A stretch of DNA of 56,529 nucleotides, the filler included, from Candidatus Woesearchaeota archaeon (GTDB taxonomy: Archaea > Nanobdellota > Nanobdellia > Woesearchaeales > DATGWN01), in assembly GCA_047603125.1 (NCBI GenBank). It is 4 parts of 4 records of this genome, joined end to end, with 100 filler letters (N's around TTAATTAATTAA, not from the genome) between each part and the next. Parts side by side here need not be neighbours in the genome. Positions count along the whole stretch, not along the records: positions 1 to 25,834 come from JBLKOU010000012.1; 3 more parts are not named here. One strand, given 5' to 3'. A program made the position numbers and the translations under genes. This document shows positions 11,014 to 20,698 of the stretch, piece after piece (the stretch's first letter is position 1; each line of letters opens with the position of its first letter). The notes under the pieces were generated by a model, which saw only the letters and a list, made by a program, of their open reading frames with translations, ran no database searches and was not told the DNA's origin.

Positions 11014-11029
11014 CTGTACTTATTTAGAA

Positions 11030-11692
11030 TCATCGAATTTTATAAAACTTTTCAGCATATCGCACTCCAAGGTGCAAGCCCGCGAGAAAAGCCTTTGCAA
11101 TAATAGTTGGCCACAAAAGAGTGAGTGCCACATTTTGACTTTTAAATTCATGAATTGCCTGCTTTTTTAATTCATAGGTTTGACTGATATCCACATAGAG
11201 TTGTGGTCGGTATCGTTTTCGAATATTAATTGCCCAGATATTAAATGTGTAGACATCTATATGCGTATTATGAATTTTTGTGTAATAATCAACTGCTTGT
11301 ACTGTTACTGTGTGAACAGCAAGGTGGTCAGGAAAGAGCATATCGTCATGGGCATGGGTAAATACTTTGGTCGGCTTGTATTTTTCTAATAGGCTGACAA
11401 GTTTATTTTTATGTTTGGGATTATTAATCTCTTTTAAGAGCATTCCATCAGGAAGGGAGAGTCGCTCAATATGCGAGACTCCAAGGAGTTTTCCGGATTT
11501 TTCAATCTCGCTTTTTCGTGTTTTGACAATAAAATGCTTTTTTTTCCAAGGATGGCTCGATTCTCCATCCGTAAATAAAATAACAATAACTCTCTTGCCT
11601 TCTTTTGCATATTTTGCAATAGTTCCACCTGGGCCAATAGCTTCATCATCCGGGTGTGCAACACTAACGAGTACTGTTTCTTTGGGTTTCAT
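11030..11692 (-). CDS. PIG-L/LmbE-family N-acetyl-sugar deacetylase
   Basis: 'AHPDDE..GPGGTI', 'TDGE', 'FPDH' (HPDH variant), 'KKQAI..FKSQ'. Confidence 0.9.
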   Translation of the reverse strand: MKPKETVLVSVAHPDDEAIGPGGTIAKYAKEGKRVIVILFTDGESSHPWKKKHFIVKTRKSEIEKSGKLLGVSHIERLSLPDGMLLKEINNPKHKNKLVSLLEKYKPTKVFTHAHDDMLFPDHLAVHTVTVQAVDYYTKIHNTHIDVYTFNIWAINIRKRYRPQLYVDISQTYELKKQAIHEFKSQNVALTLLWPTIIAKAFLAGLHLGVRYAEKFYKIR

Positions 11693-13490
11693 AAAGCTCC
11701 TCTATAAGGGAAACGCTGCTACAGTCTTGAAGACTCCTTGCAGGTAAAATTGCAATGACTCGCGGAAATCGTAGCGCAAAACCACTTGAATAGGTGGTAC
11801 TTTGTTGAATTTCTTCGTATGCGATTTCTAAGACAATCTCGGGTTTTACAGTAATATCCTTTCCCTCTTCTGTAAGTATATGTGGGGTGAGTAATTGTGT
11901 CATTTGTTCAAATGAAAGATCCCCTGTTTCTTTAAATCCCGTTCCGACCTTTCCAATTTCGCGCAGTTGGTTATCTTCATCGATGCAAGAGAGCGTAAAA
12001 CTAGTCAGAACATTTGCACGCTTTCCTTCTCCCCAGCTTGCTTGTGTGATAACAAGGTCCAATGTTTCCATGATGGGTTTGAGTTTGACCATGTACCCGA
12101 CTCGTGAGCCTGGTTTATAGGGCGCGTCTTTATTTTTGAGCATAAGCCCTTCATGTCCCTGTTGGAGAGCTTTTGTATATAATTGCTCAACTTTTTCAGG
12201 ATCATTTGTTGTCAGAAGTGTTGAAAGTTCAATCAGATATTCTTGTGGTTCAATATTTTGCTCCAATTTTTCTCTCCTTTGTAAAAAGGGAGCATCAAGC
12301 ATATTCTGTGTTTCACAGAGTAAAATGTCAAAGATCATTATTTGCACAGGGAGTTCTTTTGCTGTCTTTTCAATATCGTGAATACGTCTAATTCGTTGTG
12401 AAATTTTTTGAAATGCAGTGAAATTTTTTGTTTGTGGATCAAACCCGACAGCTTCACAATCCAAAATGCACGTGTGCAGGTGAACATGCTTTTGAACTGC
12501 GTGAACAACTTCGGGAAATTGTTTTGTCACATCTTCGAGTTTTCGTGTGAATAGGCTAATGTTTTCTCCTTGCTTGTGAATTTGTAAACGAAATCCGTCA
12601 TATTTGTATTCTGCGCATAGTGGTTTTCCAACAGTATCAAACCCGTCAATTACGGACGCGACTTTTTTTGCCAGCATAACTTGGAGGGGTTGCATAACGC
12701 GTGGTTTTGCATCAATGAGTGGCTCAAATTGCTTTTGTGCAAGTAAACTGGTTACTTCTCCAATGTCATTATAAATATCAACTGCTCGGGTAATCATATC
12801 GCTAATTTGTATGTACGCAGCTCGTTTTTGCTTAGGTATGGAAAAGTTGAGTGCATCGCTATTGCAAAGCTCTATGAGTGAATAAGTGCTTTGCTCGGTT
12901 TGTTCTTGTGTCTCTAGCGCTTCTTCTTGTGTTAATCCGCTTACTGATGGGATGTATGCCCAAATAAGCGCGTCTTTAATAGTTCCAACACCAACTCCTA
13001 TGCGTAAGACTTCAAGCGCTAGTCGAATGATATAAACTGCTTGGCGTTGGTTTGCGTTGGAGAGTAAATCTGCAAGTAGTTTAATTTTTGTATCGGTTGA
13101 ACCATCGCCCTGTGCTTTTGCTGCTTTGTCAAGGTTTGCAAATACTTTTTCAAGTGTGAGTGTTTGAGAAAACAGCGTTTGTTGTCTTTTCTGCGCAAGT
13201 GCCTTATGTGCGACGAGTCCAAGATCGCCTGTTTTTTTCCATAATGTCAGCAGTTCTTTTTTTGCAAACCCTGATGAGATGGAAATTGCCTTGAGTGCAT
13301 TTTGTGCAGCAATTCCCAGATTTTGTGTATTATATAGGGGGTATATTCTGCCCTGTAAAAGTAATACAATGTTTCGTGCTTCTTGCGGCGATGCTTTTTT
13401 GAGTGCTGTGGCTATCAGCGTTGTTTTTTCAAGTCGTTTGGATGTGTTTTCCAGGGATTCTAGTACTTGACAAATATATTCAAAATCCAT
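11664..13490 (-). CDS. lig: ATP-dependent DNA ligase
   Basis: EYKYDGFR (adenylated Lys), EGLMLK, KLKP, ALRFPR motifs. Confidence 0.97.
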   Translation of the reverse strand: MDFEYICQVLESLENTSKRLEKTTLIATALKKASPQEARNIVLLLQGRIYPLYNTQNLGIAAQNALKAISISSGFAKKELLTLWKKTGDLGLVAHKALAQKRQQTLFSQTLTLEKVFANLDKAAKAQGDGSTDTKIKLLADLLSNANQRQAVYIIRLALEVLRIGVGVGTIKDALIWAYIPSVSGLTQEEALETQEQTEQSTYSLIELCNSDALNFSIPKQKRAAYIQISDMITRAVDIYNDIGEVTSLLAQKQFEPLIDAKPRVMQPLQVMLAKKVASVIDGFDTVGKPLCAEYKYDGFRLQIHKQGENISLFTRKLEDVTKQFPEVVHAVQKHVHLHTCILDCEAVGFDPQTKNFTAFQKISQRIRRIHDIEKTAKELPVQIMIFDILLCETQNMLDAPFLQRREKLEQNIEPQEYLIELSTLLTTNDPEKVEQLYTKALQQGHEGLMLKNKDAPYKPGSRVGYMVKLKPIMETLDLVITQASWGEGKRANVLTSFTLSCIDEDNQLREIGKVGTGFKETGDLSFEQMTQLLTPHILTEEGKDITVKPEIVLEIAYEEIQQSTTYSSGFALRFPRVIAILPARSLQDCSSVSLIEELYETQRNSTR

Positions 13491-13532
13491 AGTGTTTGGA
13501 AGATGTTAGTCTTTTTAAAAGTTCATATGCAT

Positions 13533-13730
13533 TAGGCTTCATCCAAAAAATAAGAAAAAAGAGCACCTTGCAGCTAGATTAGAAAATTTGGTGATTGTTT
13601 GAAAGCTTCTTTCAAACTTGAGGATGAGAATCCGAAAAGTTGCAGGCAAATTTTCGCATACTTCTCAAAGCGGGACTCTTGAGCCAAGTCTGCGTGCTCT
13701 TTTTTGAAAACAATTATTGGATGAAGCCTA
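13533..13730. repeat. Structured repeat family A, copy 1 (MITE-like, 14-bp terminal inverted repeats)
   Basis: TAGGCTTCATCCAA...TTGGATGAAGCCTA; closely similar to 28221-28377 and 39139-39335. Confidence 0.9.
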
Positions 13731-13753
13731 TGCAATATTTAAAAAAGAATAAG

Positions 13754-13797
13754 AAATTATAATGCCTTGGCGTACATTCAGAATTTCGTATTATAAT
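13754..13797. repeat. Structured repeat family A, internally deleted copy 2
   Basis: AAATTATAATGCCTTGGCGTA..TCAGAATTTCG matches 16442-16476, then jumps to the closing arm TATTATAAT. Confidence 0.8.
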
Positions 13798-13851
13798 CAC
13801 TTCTGTCTAAAAATACAATTTTAAAAACAATAAGAAAAAAAGAACAAGACC

Positions 13852-14349
13852 TTAGTCTTGATTTTGTAAGCCCATTTCTTCGTCAGGGTTCTCCCCTTCT
13901 CGTCGAATAACTTTTACTGCATCTATTTTCACCGTAATTGGAATAGGAACGGCAGCTTCAAGAAGTTCAACAATAACTTCTTCTTTTTGTTTATCGACAC
14001 GAGAAATCTTCACATGCTCTCGTTTGAACGGACCGCTAATAATTTCAGCAATATCACCTTTTTGAATATTAACTTCAGTTTTGGCAATGTCAAACATATG
14101 CTCAATCTCTTGATAGGTGACTGGTTTATCCAAAACTCCGCGTGCATATGGGACTTGGTATACTGATCGCTGTGCTTCTTGAAGTGAGTCAGTCTCTACA
14201 AAAATATACCCTCGCATTCCGTGAGGTCGAAACGCACTAAAAATATTGAGTTTTTTTTTAGCAACATTACTACTTAAAAAGTCAAGGATTTGTTCTTCTC
14301 TATTTGCTGTACATCGTACTGCATAAATTTGGGTTGCTTGTTCTGTCAT
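13852..14349 (-). CDS. spt5: Transcription elongation factor Spt5 (NusG)
   Basis: NGN domain 'IYAVRCTANRE..GYIFVE' and KOW 'GDIAEIISGPFK'; ftsZ-secE-spt5 order. Confidence 0.95.
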   Translation of the reverse strand: MTEQATQIYAVRCTANREEQILDFLSSNVAKKKLNIFSAFRPHGMRGYIFVETDSLQEAQRSVYQVPYARGVLDKPVTYQEIEHMFDIAKTEVNIQKGDIAEIISGPFKREHVKISRVDKQKEEVIVELLEAAVPIPITVKIDAVKVIRREGENPDEEMGLQNQD

Positions 14350-14354
14350 GTCAT

Positions 14355-14528
14355 TCACCTAAATATAAATAGTTCCATTAATACGAATATTAAAAATCCG
14401 ATCGCGCCAATTGCCAACATTCCAATTGCTGCAATTTTTGCAGTGGCGGTGTATTCTTTTTTATTTGGTTTTTTTGTAACCTTTAATACCCGTAAGCATT
14501 GATTGTAAAATGATTTTAATTTTTGCAT
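14355..14528 (-). CDS. secE: Protein translocase SecE/Sec61-gamma
   Basis: 'RVLKVTKKP..EY..AKI..IG...IG.IGF'; conserved position; AGGTGA SD before ATG 14528. Confidence 0.93.
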   Translation of the reverse strand: MQKLKSFYNQCLRVLKVTKKPNKKEYTATAKIAAIGMLAIGAIGFLIFVLMELFIFR

Positions 14529-14543
14529 ATTATTCACCTATGG

Positions 14544-15641
14544 TTAATCAACAAATTCAATTCCAAGTTCTTGCTCGCGAGCATCATCTTTTTTCTCTCG
14601 AGTTGTGGCACCCACAATTTGTGATGATTTGACTCCAGTTACAATGAGCATTACGCGCAATGTTTTTCCTAGGTCTTCACTAATTTGTGCACCCCAGATA
14701 ATTCTTGCTTCTTCATCAAGTTTATCTGAAATAATTTGAACGACTTTTCGAGCTTCTTCTAGTGAGAGATTTTCACTTCCTGAAACATTAATGAGTGCTC
14801 CCGTGGAGCCAGTAATATCAACATCAAGGAGTGGATTGTTCACCGCTTTATCAACAGCTTCAACCGCTCTATTTTCACTGTCACTTTCTCCAACACCAAT
14901 AAGAGCAACGCCTCCATCACCCATGACGGCACGAATATCAGCAAAGTCAAGGTTTACAAGCCCTGCTTTTGTCACAAGTTCTGCCATTCCTTTTACTGAG
15001 CTTGTTAAAATTTCATCTGCTACTTTAAAGGCAGTTTGTATAGGTAAATCCGGTGCGATTTCTAAGAGTTTATCGTTTGGAATAATAATGAGTGTATCTG
15101 CCCATTGTTGAATTTTCTCAATGCCATAAACCGCATTATCATATCGGCGATTTCCTTCCATCTTAAAGGGCATCGTTACAATGGCAATACTAAGCGCTCC
15201 TATTTTTTTTGCGATTTCGGCGACAACTGGTGCAGAACCAGTACCTGTTCCTCCGCCCATTCCGCAAGTAATAAAGACCATGTCTGCTCCTTGCAAAGAT
15301 TCGCGAATTTCTTTTTCACTTTCTTTTGCAGCCTCTTCACCAACTTTTGGAACACTTCCTGCTCCAAGACCATGCGTCGAGTCTTTTCCGATAAGAATTT
15401 TCTTATCTGCGCTGGCATATAAGAGATCTTGGGCATCCGTATTAATAGCAACTGTTTGAGCGCCATGGATTCCGACTTCAGTCATACGATTAATTGTATT
15501 ATTTCCACCACCACCACAGCCGACGACTTTGATAGTTGCACGATGCTGTGCGAGCAAAGATTCGAGCTCAGCGTCAATTTCATGACGGGAATTTTGTGGT
15601 TTTTCGTGTTGTTGCCCTGCAGTCTGAATGAATGTATCCAT
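14544..15641 (-). CDS. ftsZ: Cell division protein FtsZ
   Basis: [28 protein letters not shown] motifs. Confidence 0.98.
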   Translation of the reverse strand: MDTFIQTAGQQHEKPQNSRHEIDAELESLLAQHRATIKVVGCGGGGNNTINRMTEVGIHGAQTVAINTDAQDLLYASADKKILIGKDSTHGLGAGSVPKVGEEAAKESEKEIRESLQGADMVFITCGMGGGTGTGSAPVVAEIAKKIGALSIAIVTMPFKMEGNRRYDNAVYGIEKIQQWADTLIIIPNDKLLEIAPDLPIQTAFKVADEILTSSVKGMAELVTKAGLVNLDFADIRAVMGDGGVALIGVGESDSENRAVEAVDKAVNNPLLDVDITGSTGALINVSGSENLSLEEARKVVQIISDKLDEEARIIWGAQISEDLGKTLRVMLIVTGVKSSQIVGATTREKKDDAREQELGIEFVD

Positions 15642-15646
15642 GGTTT

Positions 15647-16327
15647 TTACTCCGGTTTTGCCTGTTTTTGATCTTTTTGATCACTTACAGGTTTAGAGAT
15701 GTCTTTCTTTTTAAATTCAATGGATTCTAGCTCAGGGATGAGACCAGTAATCTTTTTTGAAAATTGTTCTTGAAATTCCTCAGGAAGTGGTGCGGGCGTT
15801 TGAATAATAGCCTTTTTTTCCTTTATTGTAACATCAGGAATACCAACAATTGAGTGCAATTTCTCTTTTGTATCAGTTACAAGATCAAGAATTTTCACTT
15901 GATAATTCACTGTTTTTCCAGACAAGGGATGGTTAAAGTCAACCAATGTTCGACCAGCACCCACCGTTTTTACAATACCTGTTTGATTGTCTACTTGAAC
16001 TTGCATTCCTGGCTGTAATTGGATATTTTGCTCTTGAAATTTTTTAGAAGCAATCAATTTGATGTATTTTGCATCTTTTTTTCCAAATGCCTTTTCTGGC
16101 GCAATATCGGTGGAGAATGTTTGATTTGGTTCTTTTCCAATTAATGCCTCGTCAATTCCAACAAGTACTTGTTTTTCTCCAATACAAACGATCATCGGGC
16201 CGTATTTTTGCGTATTGCTTTCTATTTGATGTTTTTTTGCTACTTCACGATCTGTTGTATCAAAAACAAAGTCTTCAAATTTTCCTGTATATTCAATACG
16301 AACGAAATCGCCTTTTTTTAATGCCAT
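15647..16327 (-). CDS. slyD: FKBP-type peptidyl-prolyl isomerase (SlyD-like, archaeal long type)
   Basis: '[15 protein letters not shown]', 'PEKAFG', '[10 protein letters not shown]'. Confidence 0.9.
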   Translation of the reverse strand: MALKKGDFVRIEYTGKFEDFVFDTTDREVAKKHQIESNTQKYGPMIVCIGEKQVLVGIDEALIGKEPNQTFSTDIAPEKAFGKKDAKYIKLIASKKFQEQNIQLQPGMQVQVDNQTGIVKTVGAGRTLVDFNHPLSGKTVNYQVKILDLVTDTKEKLHSIVGIPDVTIKEKKAIIQTPAPLPEEFQEQFSKKITGLIPELESIEFKKKDISKPVSDQKDQKQAKPE

Positions 16328-16441
16328 GTGTATCACTATATGTACTTCTAGGTCGCATCAAGCTTAAATAGAAGTTCTACAGTAGGAGGCTGTCACCTTA
16401 TTTAAAAAGGTTTTGGTGTGGTTTGGAGTTATCAACAATAA

Positions 16442-16541
16442 AAATTATAATGCCTTGGCGTATAATCAGAATTTCGAGGAGTTGCGCACCGGAGAAATTC
16501 GCAAAATGAACCACTGTTCAAAAATCGCCGCATTATAATTT
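16442..16541. repeat. Structured repeat family A, copy 3 (minimal 100-bp form)
   Basis: 12-bp closing stem AAATTATAATGC/GCATTATAATTT, CTT bulge, GGCG/CGCC stem, two internal hairpins. Confidence 0.85.
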
Positions 16542-16649
16542 AGTTTTGTTTTTTTATTTTGGAATAAATGGCTGACTCCAACCCATACAGGTAAATATAG
16601 GCTTTCAAGTTGCAAAAAGCTTTTATAGGCTCATAGAGAACGTTCAGGT

Positions 16650-17228
16650 ATGCACATAACAATAGGCGGTATGCCTGGTTCAGGAAAGGGAACGGTTGCA
16701 AAATTGCTTGCAAAACAGTTAGGATTCACTCACATTTCGATTGGTCAGCTTCGACGAGACCAAGCCAAAAAGCAACAGATGACAATACAGGAATATAACG
16801 AGTGGTCTCTAAAAAATCCAAAAGTCGGTGATGAATACTTTGACAAATTGCAAGCCAAAATGGCTCGTGAACAAGATAATCTGATTTTTGATGGTCGTAT
16901 GTCTTTTTACATGATCAAACCATCGCTTCGTGTCTATTTAGACGTTGATTTAGAGCAGGCAGCAAAACGCATATTTGCAGATGAGAAAAGAAAAGATGCT
17001 GCTGAGTCACCATATGTTTCGGTTCAGGATGCATACACGCAACTTGTGGAGCGAGTGAAAAATGATACATTTCGATATCAAGAACTCTATGGCATTGATG
17101 TGTATAATAAGAAATATTTTGATGTCTACATTGATACCACTGAATTAACACCTGAGCAAGTTGTGCAAAAGATTATTGACAAGTATACAGAGTTTAGCGC
17201 AAAGCATTTAAATGAGAACACAAGGTAG
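16650..17228 (+). CDS. cmk: Cytidylate kinase (archaeal type)
   Basis: 'ITIGGMPGSGKGT' P-loop, 'IFDGR', 'RYQELYGID'. Confidence 0.9.
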   Translation: MHITIGGMPGSGKGTVAKLLAKQLGFTHISIGQLRRDQAKKQQMTIQEYNEWSLKNPKVGDEYFDKLQAKMAREQDNLIFDGRMSFYMIKPSLRVYLDVDLEQAAKRIFADEKRKDAAESPYVSVQDAYTQLVERVKNDTFRYQELYGIDVYNKKYFDVYIDTTELTPEQVVQKIIDKYTEFSAKHLNENTR

Positions 17229-17244
17229 TCATATGGGGGTGGGG

Positions 17245-18768
17245 ATGACAGACAAACAAATTCAAAGTGCAAAGGTACGTGGGCAGTCACCACAAAAAGC
17301 AAATATTCTCGCGGCACGAATTATTGCACAAACGATACAAACAACACTTGGTCCAAAAGGAATGGATAAAGTTCTTGTTGATAGTCAAAATAATATTATA
17401 ATCACAAATGATGGTGCAACAATTTTACGCGAACTTGCAGTTGATCATCCAGTTGCACGCATGATGATTGAAATTGCACAAACTCAAGAAGAGCAAGTCG
17501 GGGATGGAACGACCACTGCAGTGATTTTAGCAGGTGAGCTCTTAAAATATGCACAGGAATTGCTTGATAAAGGAATTCATCCGACAATAATTTCTCAAGG
17601 GTATCGAATTGGTGCAAAAGAAGCAATTGATTATTTACGAACACATGCACGACAAGCTACTCGCTCACAAATAGAGTCAGTTGCAAAAACAGCAATGACG
17701 GGCAAAGGTGCGCAGACATATAGGGATCATTTAAGTTCGCTATGTACAAAAGCACTGCCTTCAAAAGATGTCATTGTTCAGACAAGAAAGGTAGTAGGAA
17801 ATGACACATTCTCAAGTGAATTATTTGATGGTGTTGTTCTAGATAAATTTAAAGTTCATCCAAACATGCCTGATCAAGTAACAAATGCAAAGGTTGCTTT
17901 TTTAGACTGTGCATTAGAAGTCACAGGGCTTGATTCACGCGCTCGAATTAATATTGCAAACGCAAATGATTTAGAGCAGTTTGTTGCTCATGAAAAACAA
18001 ACATTAACTCGTGCAGTTGAGCAAATAAAACAAGCCAATGTCACAGCGGTGTTTTGCATGAAAGGGATTGATCAATATGTGCAACATCTTTTGGCAAAAC
18101 AGGGTATTTTAGCAATTCGACGCATGTCCTTAAAAGATATGAGCACACTTTCGCAATTATGTGGCGCGCGCATAGTAAATTCTACTCAAGATTTAGATGA
18201 GCAAACGGTTGGAACAATACAATCAATTCAAACTAAAACACAAAAAGAAACGACATTGACGTATCTGAGTGGTTTTGAAAAACACACGGTGAAAACACTC
18301 GTTGTTCATGGCACAACACCACACATTGTTGATGAGATGGAGCGCGCTATTGATGATGCGCTTGGTGATATTTACACATTATTAAAAAATCCCCATGTTC
18401 TTGCGGGTGCGGGTGCAACTGAGAGTATGCTTGCAAAACACATACGTCAATACGCACGAACGCTTGTGGGAAAAGAGCAGCTTGCCGTGGAGGCTTTTGC
18501 ACGCTCATTTGAAATTATTCCTACCATTATAGCACAAAATGCAGGATTAGATGCAATTGAAGTTATGACAAAACTTGCACATAAAGATTGGGTTGGCGTC
18601 AATGTTGAAACTGGAGCTGTCTTAGATCCATATGAGCAAGGGATTATAGAACCATTGCAACTAAAGATTCAAGCAATTACTGGTGCAACAGATGTTGCAA
18701 CAATGATTTTACGAATTGATGATATTATTTTTTCTAGTCCGCCTCCACAAGATTCTTCACAGGATTGA
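17245..18768 (+). CDS. ths: Thermosome (group II chaperonin) subunit, divergent
   Basis: TLGPKGMDK, ITNDGATIL, GDGTTT, ILRIDD; ATG 17245 preferred. Confidence 0.93.
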   Translation: MTDKQIQSAKVRGQSPQKANILAARIIAQTIQTTLGPKGMDKVLVDSQNNIIITNDGATILRELAVDHPVARMMIEIAQTQEEQVGDGTTTAVILAGELLKYAQELLDKGIHPTIISQGYRIGAKEAIDYLRTHARQATRSQIESVAKTAMTGKGAQTYRDHLSSLCTKALPSKDVIVQTRKVVGNDTFSSELFDGVVLDKFKVHPNMPDQVTNAKVAFLDCALEVTGLDSRARINIANANDLEQFVAHEKQTLTRAVEQIKQANVTAVFCMKGIDQYVQHLLAKQGILAIRRMSLKDMSTLSQLCGARIVNSTQDLDEQTVGTIQSIQTKTQKETTLTYLSGFEKHTVKTLVVHGTTPHIVDEMERAIDDALGDIYTLLKNPHVLAGAGATESMLAKHIRQYARTLVGKEQLAVEAFARSFEIIPTIIAQNAGLDAIEVMTKLAHKDWVGVNVETGAVLDPYEQGIIEPLQLKIQAITGATDVATMILRIDDIIFSSPPPQDSSQD

Positions 18769-18849
18769 GAATCATTTTTTCTCGACGAGAAAAGCACATC
18801 CATTCTCGAAACGATACATTTAAATATTTGGGCGTTGTACCTATGGTAA

Positions 18850-18915
18850 CAGGTAAAACCAAGTAGACAGTGTACCTTGAGGTGCACGCTTGAGTTCTAT
18901 TTGGTGCTGTTTTTC
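18850..18915 (+). ncRNA. Candidate small structured RNA convergent with the DUF3800 gene
   Basis: TTTAAATA box at 18819-18826; stem ACCAAGTAGA/TCTATTTGGT enclosing GTGTACC-TTGA-GGTGCAC, with both wobbles G.U on +; T-run follows. Boundaries inferred. Confidence 0.45.
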
Positions 18916-18919
18916 ATCA

Positions 18920-19534
18920 TTAAATGGAGTAAATTTCTTGGTCAGGCACAATATCTGCAAATTCTGAATTATTGAGACAAATTTTTTGATATGCTGACCA
19001 CGCAAGAATGTCTGCAAATTGCAAGCCTGACCATGAATGAGAATAGCTGTGGTAAATTTTTACTTTTAATATTGCTGAGCCTTCTCTGAGTTTTTTTTCA
19101 AAATAATTATTGAAGTCGTTTTGTAATATTTGTTTTCCTTTTGATCTATCTATTCGGACTTCAACAACGCCTCCCTGAATATTAATATTTGCTGCTAGTT
19201 TTCCTGCAATGAAATTATATAATTTGTTTTTTTCTTTTTTTAAGTATTTGCTACGTAATTTTTTCTTCTCAAGAAATGCATGTAATACTTTGATATTTGG
19301 AACTTCACTCAACTTTTTTAGCATGTATGTGATTAACTCGTGGCTTGAATTATTTGCTTTAATTTCTTGTGCTTTTCGTAATTCTTTTTTGAATTTATTT
19401 CTTCGCATATTTTTAATTATTCTGTCTAAAGGAGTATAATCTTTTACTAAAAGAGCTGATAGAATAATATATTGCGAACCTCCTTGTTTATCTCCCAAGT
19501 CCCCACTTTCGTCAATAAATAGGCAATATTGCAT
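18920..19534 (-). CDS. DUF3800-family protein (predicted RNase H-like fold)
   Basis: N-terminal 'LFIDESGDLG' and C-terminal 'SHSWSGLQFADILAW' family motifs; ATG 19534. Confidence 0.85.
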   Translation of the reverse strand: MQYCLFIDESGDLGDKQGGSQYIILSALLVKDYTPLDRIIKNMRRNKFKKELRKAQEIKANNSSHELITYMLKKLSEVPNIKVLHAFLEKKKLRSKYLKKEKNKLYNFIAGKLAANINIQGGVVEVRIDRSKGKQILQNDFNNYFEKKLREGSAILKVKIYHSYSHSWSGLQFADILAWSAYQKICLNNSEFADIVPDQEIYSI

Positions 19535-19640
19535 ATGAAAAGTGTTTGTTAGTGATTTAAGTATTTTTGGAAACAAATTTTGTAAGAAATTCCAAAATAA
19601 ATCCAAATGCATTTAAACATCGAGGGTTTTGTGTGTTTGT

Positions 19641-20120
19641 ATGATGCGATTAAATGCAAAACAGACAAAGAACATGTATGCAATCTTGTATGAGCAGTAT
19701 GCGTATGAACAGAGGCTTTCAGGATCTTTATACATAAACAAAGAACAAAAAATATTTCTCTTTGTTGACCAACCAATTGATTTTGAAAGTCTGCGAGTTA
19801 ATTCTTTTGGGCTCTATATCGGTGAGTATAATGATGACCACACGCAGATGCGACTCAGTATTGAGGGTTCTCAACTCATTGGTCCGCATGCACAAACAAA
19901 TTGTTTAGTTTTAGATGATGAGTATTTTACAAAATGGATTTGTGGCCAAGATATTCAAATTGATGAGTCCCTTGAGCAGCAAGTGCACCAAATGCAAGGC
20001 TATATTATTATTTGCAATAAAAAAAATGATTTTTGTGGTTGTGCACGATTAAAAAATGGAATGCTACTTAATTTTGTTCCAAAAATTCGCCGCTTAAAAA
20101 CAGTTGTCGAATCAGCGTGA
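19641..20120 (+). CDS. NIP7/PUA-domain RNA-binding protein (ribosome biogenesis)
   Basis: 'GLYIGE..RLSIEGSQLIG..N...LD....KWICGQDI..G.....G.LLNFVPK.RR'. Confidence 0.75.
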   Translation: MMRLNAKQTKNMYAILYEQYAYEQRLSGSLYINKEQKIFLFVDQPIDFESLRVNSFGLYIGEYNDDHTQMRLSIEGSQLIGPHAQTNCLVLDDEYFTKWICGQDIQIDESLEQQVHQMQGYIIICNKKNDFCGCARLKNGMLLNFVPKIRRLKTVVESA

Positions 20121-20648
20121 GTGTTGCTCGAGTCGTGTCAGTTCTGTATACATTTCTATAACTGCCTCATCTTCAATACCTAATTGATTTAATTGATAAA
20201 ACATTGTCGTAACATAATCGCTTGGTTTGCCGTTCTGAGGTTGTGAGTTGAGTGCCATATGCGCCTTTTGCTCATTTGTGAGTGTATTTGGTGCGATATA
20301 GAGCTCACTTTGTGTATCGGGAACAAAGACCGTACAGAATCTATTTGTTTGTTTCTCTTGATCAAAAACCGGAAGAGTGACGAGTTTGTATCCATGCTCG
20401 CGTTCTTGTAATTGTGTAAATGCGCTATTAGGAATAGTAATAATTGTACCTTTACAGCAATGTTGTGGGTTTTGCTCCAGTCCGAGAACCAAACCGGGGT
20501 GCATTTTTGTTCCTCTATTCGTTATTGATTTTTTATTATATGAGCGCGACCAGCCTCGCAGAGTTGCTGGAGTTACATTTATTGGAGAAAGATCCTCGTT
20601 GTCCCAGAGTAACGATCCATACGCAAAAATAGACATGTTTTGATTCAT
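20112..20648 (-). CDS. ChaC-like gamma-glutamylcyclotransferase
   Basis: 'IFAYGSLLW', 'RGT..HPGLVLGL', 'LQERE'. Confidence 0.85.
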   Translation of the reverse strand: MNQNMSIFAYGSLLWDNEDLSPINVTPATLRGWSRSYNKKSITNRGTKMHPGLVLGLEQNPQHCCKGTIITIPNSAFTQLQEREHGYKLVTLPVFDQEKQTNRFCTVFVPDTQSELYIAPNTLTNEQKAHMALNSQPQNGKPSDYVTTMFYQLNQLGIEDEAVIEMYTELTRLEQHSR

Positions 20649-20698
20649 AGGACCAAAAAAGATAAACATATTTATGTAAGTTCTGGTTTCCCTTGTTT

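Noticed and set aside
13594..13645. Hammerhead ribozyme in the internal module (hairpin - TTGA - hairpin - GAAA)
   Set aside because: The topology is reminiscent, but the CUGANGA core is absent (only CTTGA) and stem III does not pair.
16341..16381. Imperfect hairpin upstream of slyD
   Set aside because: Weak AT-rich stem with no second copy; within chance expectation.
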